Origin: Hamiltosporidium tvaerminnensis FI-OER-3-3
Taxonomy: Eukaryota > Fungi > Microsporidia
Assembly: GCA_022605425.2 (NCBI GenBank)
Contig: JAKIMF020000001.1
Location: 1,240,001 to 1,304,000, forward strand
Direction: 5' to 3'
Length of the DNA: 64,000 nt
Position 1 is the stretch's first letter. Every line of letters begins with the position of its first letter. Positions 1 to 12,720 of this stretch are shown here, piece by piece. The position numbers were made by a program, and so were the translations under genes. The notes under the pieces were generated by a model. The model saw nothing but the letters and a program-made list of their open reading frames with translations. It was not told the DNA's origin and ran no database searches.

Positions 1-2907
1 CTACTGATTTATTAATCTTATTTACCCTATATATCGTAAAAATTTAAAAAGCAATGTATTTAGTTAAACACAGGGATAATTTTAAGTGTATAAGGCCTTT
101 TAGACAAAATTGTAAATTCTTTTAAAAGCAATCTAATGTCTCTTACAGGGTTATTCTATACTATTTAAATAGCTCAATATCATTAAAAGTCTATATTTGT
201 CGCTTCTTAAAACCTTCTTCAGAATTTACCGAATTATCTGATACTAAAGATTCGCTTTCATTCTTAAAATGAGCAGTTTTTTCAATAAAAGCTGGATTGA
301 TTTGCAAACGTTTGACATACAAGTTATTGCCTTATTTTCCGACTCTATTGGTGTTACGCCTTTTATTTTAAGCAAGTTTTCGGAAAGAAAAACACCTAAT
401 CATTCAAACTTCTCATACCAACAAAGCCTTTTCATGTTCAAAAATGATATTTAAGAAGAAACTAGGTATTTTGATATAAAATTTTAGCTACAGGCAGCAT
501 TTGGATATAAAATTCGCGCTTAATTATTGTAGACCAAATTAATCTTTGTAACTCGGGTTTATAGAAGATCGAATTATAGATTCAGTTAGATTATTTTTTC
601 ATTAAAATTTAAAAATTTATTTTTATCCTAATTTTTACATCTATTACCAAGCAGAAGGTTTAATGTTGTATTATCTTGCCATCTAAAGGAAAACCACAGT
701 AGTAGAACTCAAATGTCTCAAAGTACGACAAATTGGCTATATGAGTATCTAACACAAATTAATTAAATACATATTATACAATCTCATTCAATTTTTTTCA
801 AAAGCTTAAACTCGAAGTTTACAATTTGATCTTGATTACCAAAAGCTTAATATTATATCCTTAGATAAACAGAATAACCACAATCTTGTAACAGTATAAG
901 ATCGAAAAATCTTTTCAAAATTACTTTCTACAATAAACATCAAAGGTTTTATCCTAAAAATTTCACATTTGATTTTTCTTAACTAAAGGGTAGGACTGAG
1001 CAATCGCCCTGCTAAAGTTTAGATATAATCCACACATGATTTTCCTCCACCTTTGATTTAGAACCGATGGCTTTTTTTCGGTTTAGGGAATTTCTCGATA
1101 AGAACATGTTCGCAGTGAGTACCTTAAAATTATAAGTTTTCTTTTTCTTTTTCTTTCAAGCGAATCCGAAGTTTTTTTGCATCTTGCCAATCATAACATA
1201 TCCAGGCAGTGAGTATGGCATCCTTGGCTCAAATAACTGAGCTAGATAACGACGATTCTATAAATTAAATATTTTTAGATTTATGAGATAGAAATTTACA
1301 GTTTGCCGGCTCGTTTAAGTTTTCAATTAGAAGGCATTTTTGCGCTTTTATTCGAAGCTTCCTTAGATTTCACTCGAATATTAGTTCTTAGAGTATGTTG
1401 CTAAATAATTAAAGGAAATGAAATTCAAAATAGTGTTTTAAAACACCCTATATCTCTTTCCTTTTATTTAATTTTCTTTTTAAATTCGATTACATTGAAA
1501 TTGTTTTGCCAATCGAAATTTTTAGACAATTTTTTTTCAAAGTATGGGCAAATAAAGCTATTTTTTGAATCTTAATATGATTCTTCTGTATATTGTCAGA
1601 ATTGCAAAAAATACGTTATTAGATTCTTGATTTTCAGTTTCTATTAATTTTAAGCAAAGATCAAACCAAATTTGATTAAACTGGAACCAACATAAAAATT
1701 TGCGTTTATTGTCTGGTCAATTTTTCGAGGGCACGAAACAAAACGATGAAATGTTCACAGCAAAAAGATAAATAATTAGGTCTATTCCTCGTGTATATTA
1801 TGCTGCTTTGTAAAAGTATAAGAACCATCTTTTAGATGCAAGTGCATAAGTTTACAGATTAATCAACTTGAAAATTACAATTTATAATTTCTTATAAATT
1901 TTTGAGGGTTTTTTTGTAATTTCTAATGTTTTCTGCATAGTTTTTATATTCTTTATTCTTGAAATGTTCATGAATACTTTAATAATGCATCTGATACCTT
2001 TAAAATAATATAAGATTCATCCAAGTATTTCAAACACAATACGAAATGATTGAAAGCTCGTGCTGTAATCTTAGAATTACAAGCAGATTTTGCTCGATTA
2101 AAACACTGTCGAATTTATATAATGAGCTACTATCCATATACCCGCTTCATAATCATGAATTACAAAGTAAAATCATAAGAAATTCCTTCATCTTTCAAGT
2201 GTGCATTTTTTGTTCATATATCCTTTGTTCAACTTATATTAAAAAAGTATGCCTGTTCAAAGTTTTTTTTATATTCATTTTATCTATATCACAATACCCG
2301 TGTTTTTATTTAAGAATAATGCCTAGTTTTTACATTTAAATATAATAATTGAAAGTATTTTGTAAAGTTTTTTATTTTTTAATTGTATTATGTTTGTTAT
2401 TCGCCAGGATACTTACATAATATCTAAAAAGAACGAATACGTGAATATGACTAATAGAATGATAAATGTTTAAGACAAAATACCAAAGCAATATTCAAAA
2501 TTTTTTAAAATTGGATTTGGAATATCTCGCCTTAGACTTATATACAGATTATAATTATGTATTATTTATTTTTGTAATTTTGCCTACAGTAAATCCAGCT
2601 ATTTGTAGCCTATGAAACTATCAAGCTTTTACGCTTTATCTCGAAACTTTATATCTGCTATCTTGTCGTTAATAATATATTAAGAAAAATAGCAATATAG
2701 TTTACAAAAATTTGACTGAACAAAAAATGAATGAAGTGAGTTTTAGATATACGAATTTTATGAATCATCAATTCTTTTAAAACAGAAATTATTTGAAATT
2801 AATTAATTTATTTCGTTTCTAAAAAATATTTATAGATCAAGATTTTAAGATTAAAGTTTTTTTTTTGCGATTTGCAACAATTTTATTTCTAAATTTGTCA
2901 AATATGA

Positions 2908-2983
2908 TATTAAAAATTTTAAACTAGAATCAAAATGAAATCTAGATTCAGTAAAACAATTATATTGCTATAAATATAATTTT
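2908..2983 (+). promoter_or_regulatory. Conserved upstream element of ferritin-like gene copy 1
   Basis: TATTAAAAATT, then AATCTAGATT palindrome (ATCTAGAT at 2940-2947), then TATAAATATAATTT at 2969; the same order and spacing precede all five paralogues. Confidence 0.75.
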
Positions 2984-2998
2984 AAGAGCATAGCCAAC

Positions 2999-3514
2999 AT
3001 GTCGAAATACAATGCAGATAAAGAGAAATCTCTAACAGAAATAATAATAAAGACATCCGACTATGATATAATAGAGCTAGAATTTAAGAACATCTTAAAT
3101 TACTTATTTGAAACGCACTTTATATATATTCGAGCCATATGTGATACTCAAAATGGATTTCAGAATAAGCAGAAATATATAAAAATGGATGAGATTAATG
3201 AGTTGCTTATTTCTGTTGCAGAATATAAGTTGTTTCGGTTTGACGAAATATATCGTTTAGGGCTTAATACGAAGTATGAATGGAATTTTAATGTGAAATT
3301 GAAAATACAACCTTCTCATAATAACTTGGCGAGTATTCTAAATGTTTTTGTTTATCGAGAAACAGTGTATAATGAAATGTTATTAATTTTCAGCAGGAAA
3401 GCCTCGGAAATGAATAAATTAGAATTATTTAGATTACTAAATGGTATTATTGCTCAAGATATAAAATTCATGTCACAAAATTATAAGAAACTAAAAGAGC
3501 TTTTCCATTTATGA
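2999..3514 (+). CDS. Divergent ferritin-like four-helix-bundle protein, subtype A, copy 1 (intact, 171 aa)
   Basis: Intact ORF with four paralogues in the window. By-eye alignment to ferritin helices: LNYLFETHFIY (A), LISVAEYKLFRFDEI (B), RETVYNEMLL (C), LELFRLLNGII...KKL (D). The CDS is secure; the fold call is about 0.6. Confidence 0.8.
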   Translation: MSKYNADKEKSLTEIIIKTSDYDIIELEFKNILNYLFETHFIYIRAICDTQNGFQNKQKYIKMDEINELLISVAEYKLFRFDEIYRLGLNTKYEWNFNVKLKIQPSHNNLASILNVFVYRETVYNEMLLIFSRKASEMNKLELFRLLNGIIAQDIKFMSQNYKKLKELFHL

Positions 3515-4519
3515 TTGCTGATAATCATTAAATTTTTTATTTTATTCTTTTAATAGTGAAAATTGTCGAAGAGTATTTCGAAGTCTTTATATTTGAAGCA
3601 AGTTAAAATATAAACAAAAAACCCACGTTTATATAACTTCAGTATTAGTTCTATTTAACCATTGCTTGTTTTTACTAAAAAAAATTACACATATTTAATT
3701 ATAACGTCAAAAAAACATTTTACCGACAAAACACTGATATCAAGAAAAATTTAAGTCATTATAATCATTTTTTTGATGTTAAGTTTCTATAAAAAAACCT
3801 AATTTATATAAAATTCTAAATTATTGTATTAAAAAAATCAACATCTAATATCTAAATTATTGAAATTATTTTGATGTTTGGAAAATTATAATTATACTGT
3901 GAATTTAAACTAGCTTATTTCGCTTACAACCGTATAATTTATTTCGGACAAATTCTAAATCATAGCGAAAATAATAGTTAGTTTGGCCTATAAAAGAAAT
4001 AATTCTAAATTTTTTAGATAATTATAATGTGCAATAATATCTTAAGATAAATTTTTGGCATTTATTTACAGCGAGGAGCGAAAGATTTATATAAGGTTTA
4101 ATCAGTTTCAGCTATATTACTTTATTCTTTTATATTTTATATAAAAATGGTTTATCACAGATAAGATATTTCTTAGGTCCTCTTTAACCAAATAATAGTT
4201 CATTTTTAATGAGCAAAACCCTGTAGTTGCTCTATAGGAAGATATTAAAATAAAAAAATAAATAAAGTATTGCGTTGTTTTATTTATTTAATCGTAGACC
4301 TAGCCTAAATATTGATCGATTGAAAGTCTATGTATCCTATTTATATTTTCAAAACATTAGAACGAACGATCCCAAAATTAAGATTTAAACTGGCAAAATA
4401 AAACTTAATTATAAGTTCATTTTGAAAAATACGAAATTTCTCAAAATTTATTTTTTGATTTTATCGATCAAGTTAAATGATAATGCGTTGCAAATATAAA
4501 ATAAAATTGTATTTAATTT

Positions 4520-5330
4520 TAAGAGAAAGTTAACCGAGTCTTTTATTTATCCTTTTCTATCCCCCCCCCCCCCCCTCCCCCAAGCCTTTTTATTTCTTCA
4601 TCTTATCACTCTTTATCTATAATTATCATCGGTTCCTATATTGTGGTTCCGAATATTAAAAAAGGAACTGATATTTGTTGTTTCTACATTTTCTACACCA
4701 TATATCTAGTTATTTACTTGTCCTGGAGATATTATTCGTTACTCGCTCATCTCGAATGATCAATTAGCATCTTTTGATGCTTTTTTTCCAAATTAACTCG
4801 AGGAATTAATGATTATTCAAATTTATAAAATTTTTCGAAAAAATTCTCGACTTTCGTCTCTAGTATTATCGACTAAATCTATGCCTCATTTTTCATAGGC
4901 ATTTATGGTATATTAAGATATATCTTGGTATATTAGGTATCGATACAGTCTCATGCCATCGAATAAGGTTTTTGCCTTACATTTCACCTATAAACCTCGC
5001 TCACGATAATTAGGCTATATGATACAAATTTAATCTTTCCGTTTCAACCATTTAAATTGAATCCTAGGATGTAATTAGTAATTCGGTAAGTGTTTTCTTC
5101 TCTTACTTTTATCTAAAATAAATATATTTGGTCTATTATTCCTGATTTCGGCATCTTTTTTCCCGATTTTAATCTTTATCTCTGCATATTGTTCAAGAAT
5201 TTCCTAAAGTGAGACATTTCGCTTCTTTTCAAAGACTTAACTTATACCTATCTGGTAGAAGTGATTTAAACATCTTACAACTGATAATGTCGTATATTAA
5301 AGTCATGAAAAAGCATTTTATTCACAATAA
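4520..5330 (-). mobile_element. Degenerate 3' remnant of the RLE non-LTR family
   Basis: Minus strand reads ...atgcctatgaaaaatgaggcatagatttagtcgataatactagagacgaaagtcgaga... then ...ggaaccacaatataggaacc... and a G-run followed by atagaaa, matching 37090-37410 and 25040-25320. The poly-C at 4561-4580 corresponds to the element's G-rich 3' segment. Boundaries approximate. Confidence 0.6.
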
Positions 5331-5900
5331 AAGATCATCTAGATCAATTTAAAATAATAAACAAGAGTATTATAAAAATTATTGGCTATTATATATTGCA
5401 AGTATACTATTACTATTCTGAGATACTCATATAATGCCTAAAAATACCAAAAAAAATAACCTTTATAAATAGAATAGTACTACTAGAAACCCAAATATCA
5501 AATTAATAATCAGCAATATGTTTAAATCTCATGTTTTTTATATCTATAATTTAACGCACAAGTAATTTTATTATTAATTTTCGAACTGTAACTACAGTAA
5601 ATTCATTGTTTTTTAACCTATAAAAATACCGAGTAATTATTTATTGTTGAGAAACTCCAAATTCATCATCTAGTCATTAATATCGTTTAGAAAAAGTAAT
5701 CTACACATATTATAAAAAACAATTTTATAAAAAAAAATAGCTGTAATTTTTACATGCAATACGATTGTTGTTTATAATAAATATTTCTTTGAAAGTAGAA
5801 ATTTTATTTAATTAGGATTATTAATTTTCTTTTATAAAATATAAAGTTAAAAATTTAAATGATAATATAATTTAGCGGCGAAATTTTTAAATATTTTTAA

Positions 5901-5998
5901 TTCCTTATAAGTTAATTATATTATTAAAGATTAAAAAAAAGATTGGAATTTCAATCTAGATTAAGATATAACTCCATTATTTCGTATAAATATAATTT
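5901..5998 (+). promoter_or_regulatory. Conserved upstream element of ferritin-like gene copy 2
   Basis: TTCCTTATA..TATTAAAGATT, ATCTAGAT at 5954-5961, TATAAATATAATTT at 5985. Confidence 0.75.
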
Positions 5999-6013
5999 AT
6001 AATTTCTGCACTT

Positions 6014-6526
6014 ATGTTAAATTCCAGTGCAAATGAAGAGAAATGTCAACTCGAAAAAATCAATAAAAACACGAACAATGATACATCTGAGTTTCTATTA
6101 GAAGAATTGTTAGATTACTTATTTGAAACGTACTATATATACATAAAAAGCATTATACAGATCCAAAGTATTGAAATCGATGGATCGAATGATAAAGCCA
6201 GCGAGATTATGAGTATTCTGTCATGTAATGCACATCAAAAATTAGTGATTTTCAGAAAAATAGCAAGCCTTAATCTTGCACTGACATATTATTATGATTT
6301 TAATAAGAACCACAATACAGAAAGTTTGTTTTCTAGTGTAGATGATATTCCTCTTGCATTTTTTGCAAGAGAAACGGTTTTAAATGAATTAATGCTTAAA
6401 ATTTGCAGAAAAGCAACCGAAGAATCAAAATATAATCTGATAGATATATTCAATTCATTTATTGTAACCAATGTCAAAAACATGCAATCAGATTATAGTA
6501 AGATCAAGAACTTATGTCAACCATAA
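6014..6526 (+). CDS. Divergent ferritin-like protein, subtype B, copy 2 (intact, 170 aa)
   Basis: Intact ORF; LLDYLFETYYIYI, ILSCNAHQKLVIF and RETVLNELML are shared with the paralogues. Confidence 0.8.
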   Translation: MLNSSANEEKCQLEKINKNTNNDTSEFLLEELLDYLFETYYIYIKSIIQIQSIEIDGSNDKASEIMSILSCNAHQKLVIFRKIASLNLALTYYYDFNKNHNTESLFSSVDDIPLAFFARETVLNELMLKICRKATEESKYNLIDIFNSFIVTNVKNMQSDYSKIKNLCQP

Positions 6527-9500
6527 TTGCGATAAATAATTAAAAATTATTCATTTAGTTATAGATGTGTATTTCTATCAAAGAAAATGTATAAACATTC
6601 TAAAATAATCTACAGTATTTTTAAAATAAATTTAAGAATATTATTATTTTATTGTAGTCATTGCTAACTTACTTCTGCCTTGAGTTCTGTTTTATACAGC
6701 ATATCTCTTAACATTAAAAAGATTCTTTGATGTGGTCTAAACTTTGATCTAATAATTTCTATCTACGCATTTCACGCTCCTTGATTTTTGTGTTTTTAAT
6801 TATAGATATTTTTTCGTTGGTATGCCTGGGTTAAAGATGTATGTTTTTTTATGTATTAGGTTTGGTGCCTAAAATTCCAGTGATGTTTTTCCAGTATCAA
6901 TTTGATTTGGCTTTAACTCAAATTCCTTGATCGATCTAAGAAAGGCTTTAATTTTTCAAAGAACAAAAGACCGAATATAAATAGTAAAATTTGCTGTTAT
7001 ATTAGACTTTAATATAGTTTTTTTGTTGTCTAGTGGTAATCCCATTTAAATTCCACCTAAACAAGAAATTTCGCTTTCTTCCATAAACTAAGTGAACATA
7101 TTTGGCTTATAACTAGCATTCAATCGTTTTTGTTTCGGAATATTAAAAGCAATATCATATTGTATGTAGTCCATTGAATAGCATTATTTTTCTTGTTATC
7201 TCATGTAGTTATATTTTATTTTATATTCCAAATTCTAATAAGCGTTTTTATGCGCGGTATACACTTTTGTTTCCGCATATCCATTTTAGAATTACATTTA
7301 CAAGATCAGCCTTTAGTTCTTTTTATAGTCTCGATTTAGCATTTATGTGTAAAAAGTTGATTTAAACACTTAAAAATCACTTGATGGCGCCAAATTGTAT
7401 TGTACAAAAGATTATCTTAGACTTAATTTCGAATGAGTTAGACTTTTAAAGGATTATAACTAGGCGCTAACTTTTTTATATCGAAAACCCTATTTTACTT
7501 CTAAAAAAAGTAATATTAATTCTCACTTGGCTTAGTGTTTCTATTTTTAAGTGATTTCACAAAAAATCAATATTTTCTTTTTATTTATGAATTCAATACC
7601 AGTAAATCTAGTTTTGAGTTTTTTATATACTCATATATTTTCCAAAAGCTGAACTGGTTTTCCTTTAAACTCTTACTCACATGTTATTTTGATTCAAACG
7701 AAATATTTGTTATATTTTTTGATGCTAAAACCATTTAAATTCAAAATTGCTGCTGATTTGTTTATATTTTTATTAATTTCGATTATTTCAATATTTGCAT
7801 TATTATATATGTTTTTTATCGACATCTAACATCCTAATAAATATCTTAAGAATCAAATTTATATATGTTTGAGTATTCTACACAGCCCTAATTTAACCTT
7901 GCCTTATAGTGCAAGAATTCTACAGCACCATAGAATCAGGACTAGAGAACTTAGGTCTTTAAGTTCAAATTTGCCCCTACTAAGCTTTATTTTTAGACAT
8001 CGCATCCTTCATTCAGTGCATAAAAAAACTATTATTCGATCGGGACGAAATACAGATTCGATTTATCATTTTTGCACCCGTCGAATCCTCCAAAGACTTG
8101 GCTTAGAATTTTTTCTACTATCATTGACTATTTTATAGTTCGTAGAAATAAATTCACTTACGAATTCGAGGATTCTTTGATTGAAGTTTGATTGTGAAAA
8201 AAGAATTTATTTATATCTACTGGCTCAGAAATCGATAAAATTTATACAGGTTTGTCTATAATAGATAGATGCAAAAACTTAAAATGGCTAGTTTCGTAGT
8301 TGCACTTAATGCAAAGATATTATGAAATTCGCGTAAGTTGTCAGTATAATTTTTTTTTGATATTTTCATCGAAAGCTGCACTTATCGAATTCATAAAAAA
8401 TATGAACATAAAATTTTCAAAACTATTTAAATTAAATTTTATTTTATGTCTTATATTATTTGTTTTTGCTTCATTTAGATACCTTTATTGCATAAATTTT
8501 CGGTTTGGATTGAGTAAATATTGGTTTTTAATGTATTTTTTGGTTCATATAGAATAAATTAATTTATCTGCTCTTGACACGAATCAAATTATTTTTAGAA
8601 TTTTTGGATATTTTCATTTAGTTAGACATTACATAAAGTCTGCTGATTCGTTTTATCTGTTTTTTTTGTCCCTAAGTAATTTTGCCGAAAGAATTTTTTC
8701 CATATTAAAGTTAAGTTGTACCGTTTTTATGATACCTTCTTTTTAAATAGTAGACATTTTGCATACAAAAAATTGCTCTGTAATACATCTTTGTCGAGTT
8801 TTTTGGGATAGATACGATAATTTAGTATAATATATAAAAATACAAGAATTTTTCGTAAACATAAATTGCGGTATATCATATTGATTTTGTGTAGAGTTGC
8901 AATGCACTATACAAAATATATTATAAATACCTATTGATAACTGTGGCTTTCTACTAGAAAAGTGTATTGCAATATATAAACTTCGGGCATGAGGAATAGA
9001 CTCGTATAGTATATGATAGAAACAGTATAAAATACACATTCTTTAAAAAAATGTTATTTATCTTGTTCCAATTTCTTCATTATTGTAAATTTCAATTATA
9101 TTTAGCCATGCTTTCAAGACTATAATCAAGATACTTGACCAATCTATTAACACAGAATATCTCGAATATACTAAACTGTTGTTTCAAATTATCTACTTTG
9201 CCTGTATTTTTGTAAGATTTTTTAGAATGCAAACCAGGAATGATTTATATTACACCAAGGCTATGTAAATATCATGTTTAGACGTAAATTTTATTTAAAT
9301 GTTTTGTTATTGAGATATTTTTTTCAGGTATTAGCTTTCTCATGTCTATGAAAATTTCTCCAACAGAGCTTTGAAGATACTAATTTAGAATTTCCTTTTA
9401 ATGTGTCGATTTTTTCCGAGCTCGATTTCTATTTATTTTGTACAGTTCTAGAAAACCTGTGTACTGTTATAATTTTTGATATCCCAATTTGTTCTGATAC

Positions 9501-10145
9501 AATATTTTCTTCCTGATTCCCTGCTATTTAACTCCTTATTTTAGAAATATTTGTCTCGATCATTTTTTTAAAAGCTTCCTAGTTCAATAGTCGAATGTGC
9601 TTTTCCTATCACCATTTTTATAGTTAACAAAAAAACGAATGAAAAGTATATTTATCTTTATACGTGGCTGATGATATCACTTGTCATTTATTATCATAGC
9701 CATCAATTCTAATTGAGTTAAAGTAGCAATACTTTTATGTAATATGGAGGCATGTTGACCAATACTGCATCTTCGTGATACTCAATTTAAACAAACTATT
9801 CATGTGAAACCTCTGCATTTGTTAATCAAAAAAACTGAAATGTATTTTTACAACGTATTTATTTATGTACTCTTGTATAGAAAAAATGACGCCTTTTGAC
9901 TTTAAAAATCCCTAGGCACAATATAATTTCGCGAGAATTCAAAATTCGCGTTTATTATAATTTAAGTGTTTTGAAAAAAGTATCAATAAATTTAATTGAA
10001 ATTTTATGAACCAAGCTATTTAAGAGATTATTTGTAACATTTAAGTTGTTTTTTTAATAAATATTATCGAAATAAGAATGTTTTGCAACCAAATGAAATA
10101 ATCTCTGTTAAAATTTTAATTTAAAAAATTAATTGATAATCTAAT

Positions 10146-10272
10146 TTTTTTATTGATTTTTTAATAATGTTATTACCTAATAAGTCAAATAAAATATTAA
10201 GGATTTAAGAAAAGATTTTATTTAACATCTGGATTGAATTAAATTAAATTATATTTCTATATATATAATTTT
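10146..10272 (+). promoter_or_regulatory. Conserved upstream element of ferritin-like gene copy 3
   Basis: Closely similar to 23799-23926; ATCTGGAT variant at 10227-10234; TATA-like run at 10258. Confidence 0.7.
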
Positions 10273-10285
10273 AATTCTCTGCCAT

Positions 10286-10803
10286 ATGTCGAGTCATAGT
10301 GCAGAATACAGAGAATTGTCAAACGGCCATAAGTAGATGTCATCAGAAATGATGATATTTTCTGGATGGAATTTAATGCTATCTTGAATCACTTATTCAT
10401 ACCCATTTTACTATATATTCAAGCCCTGTTGTATTTTCGACGCAACACTAATGGTTTGATAAGTTCCAATATAAATTTAAACAGAATAACAACCCTTTTT
10501 ATATTTATTGCAAGATGTAAGCTGTTTTGTTTTATGGAAATAGATCGTTTTGGATTGAAAATGAAGCGTAGTTTTAAATTTAATGTAAATTCCGAAAAAG
10601 AAGTTCCTATAATTAGAGAAAATATTCTTGACATTTTTGTTAAACGAGAAACAATTTACAATGAAATGCTTCTATGCTTACAGAAAAAATCTCTGGAATT
10701 TCATAGATTTGAATTATTTTAATTTTTAAATGGTATAATTTCTCGAGATTTAGGACGTTACGAAAATAATTATAAGAAGCTAAAGAAGATTCTGCATTTA
10801 TAA
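10286..10803 (+). pseudogene. Ferritin-like subtype A, copy 3, disrupted
   Basis: ATG 10286 (MSSHSAEYRE), frameshift near 10330, body MEFNAILNHLF...ELF, in-frame TAA at 10720-10722, then FLNGIISRDLGRYENNYKKLKKILHL* ending 10803, collinear with the copy 1 C-terminus. Confidence 0.8.
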
Positions 10804-12559
10804 TAAAGTTTATAGAAAAGCTTTTAGTTTATGTGTCTCAAGACAACTAACCTTGGTAAAAAAATATGTCTATAGTCTCGCGAATTAAAAGTAAAATATA
10901 AATATATATAATTTTTTTGGCTCAATTCATTTTTTTCAGTTATTATTATAAAGCAAAAGCGAACAAACAATCTATTACTTTACGATCGAAATAAAAATGG
11001 ATATACCTTAAATTTAAATATTTAGATTGATCAGAGGAATACTTTTACCTTCAGCAAAATATGTGTTATATTCTGCCAATAGCTACGGTCATCTTAAAAT
11101 AGCTATTAACTCGTTAAAAAGAAATACTTTAAATTCAAAACAAATAAAGCTGAAAGCTTTATCGATCTTCATAAACTTTAATCCAGCCAGGTTTCTAATT
11201 TTTTAAATTCGGTATTATTACCTAATCTAGTTCGAGTATTCTGAGCATTTTATATGTAGGTATGTTTTTGTTTTTACGCTATTCTACTTCTATTTTTTCA
11301 AGAAGATTTCCGGATCTTTTTTAATTGGTATATTTTTCTGCTTTAAGGTCGATTCAATTTAAATTTTAGCTCTGACCTATTTTTTTTTATTTTTGCCGAT
11401 CTAAGTGTAGCATCTATATTTAGAACATTCTGCTTTTATTTTCGCTATATTTATTCTTCTTCTGCATTATTTTTTGTTGTAAAAAATTCTTTTTTTGTAT
11501 GAAATAATATTATTAAAAAAAATTTAGGATCTTACCACCTTTTTCTCTGGATAACAAATGTTTGAATAATAGCTAGAATGACCAGCATTCGAAAATATTA
11601 TTCCAAATAAAAATTTCAAGTGAATTATTACTTTTAGGGTAATCATATATAAAACGAAATACATGTTAGCATTGACCCTACTTTATTATTTGTTATGCAG
11701 CCGAAAATATCAGAACTAAAATTTAACAAATAATTTACCGTTAATTTCCTTCAAAAGTAGAAAAATATATGTTTATTATATAATTAGGATTTGATACAAT
11801 CTATCATGTTATTCGCCAAAGTTAGTGTGATTATTTTTTTAAGTAATTAAACCTTGGGAATGTTTCCTTCCTACTTCTAACTAATATTATTGCTTGTATA
11901 TGATTTATGAACAATGGCAAAAATTATTTCATGTTCGGAACACTAGTATTGGTGTCCGCGTTTTTCGAATGCATTAAATTTCGAAGTAAGTCAAATCGTA
12001 GTATTACTCGAAAATAATTAAACTAGATGTTAAGATCATAGAAAAGGATTTTATTTCATATCTAAGAATTCTATACTTATATTTTAAAAGTAAAAAACAA
12101 CTTAAAAATTTCATTCTATTATACGGTCTTGAAAACATTTGTTTTATAATAATATACTTTCGAATTTGAAAAGGGTGAATTTGCCTACAAAGCAGCTTGG
12201 AATATAAATACGATGCAAAGAATCAAAACATTCGAATTTTTTCAATAAGGAAAGATATCTAACTTAAACCGAAAAACATTAGAAAAAAATGTAATGTAAT
12301 GTAATTCATTTTTTCAGTCTTTTAGCTTTTACAAAAATATTTAATAAACTGAGAATTGAATTGGTATAGGGAAAAAAAATTTGTCAAGAATATCAAGAAA
12401 ATCAAAATAAAACTACAAACTACGCCAAAATAGGCAAATCAGGGAGAAAGGTGCAAAATTAAAATTCACACTCGCATGCGTATTTTGACCCTACCTTCTT
12501 CTACATATAATCATTTTACAAACACAAGCCAAACTTGCAAAAACACATAAGAAGCGATT

Positions 12560-12720
12560 ATCACATGATATGTCGCTAATATTAAATCCCTATTTCGAGT
12601 CGATCTTGCTGTGTGCGATCCAAAGTGCTACGTCAAAATCCTCCGTTTTATTGCTATTTCTTAAAGAACACGCTATTGCATTGGGATAATATGTGATTCC
12701 GTAACAGGGGTCCATCTGAT
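12560..12720 (-). mobile_element. Highly decayed reverse transcriptase fragment
   Basis: Minus strand gives atggacccctg (MDPL) and gaaatagggatttaatatt, resembling CMDPL and IGLEIN in the element at 35.6-35.8 kb. Confidence 0.3.

Noticed and set aside
4561-4580. Poly-C tract as a stand-alone G-quadruplex or regulatory element
   Set aside because: Explained as the expanded G-rich 3' segment of a minus-strand RLE remnant
6020-6035. CAGTGC as an iron-responsive element loop in a ferritin-like gene
   Set aside because: Inside the CDS, no flanking stem, not conserved in all paralogues
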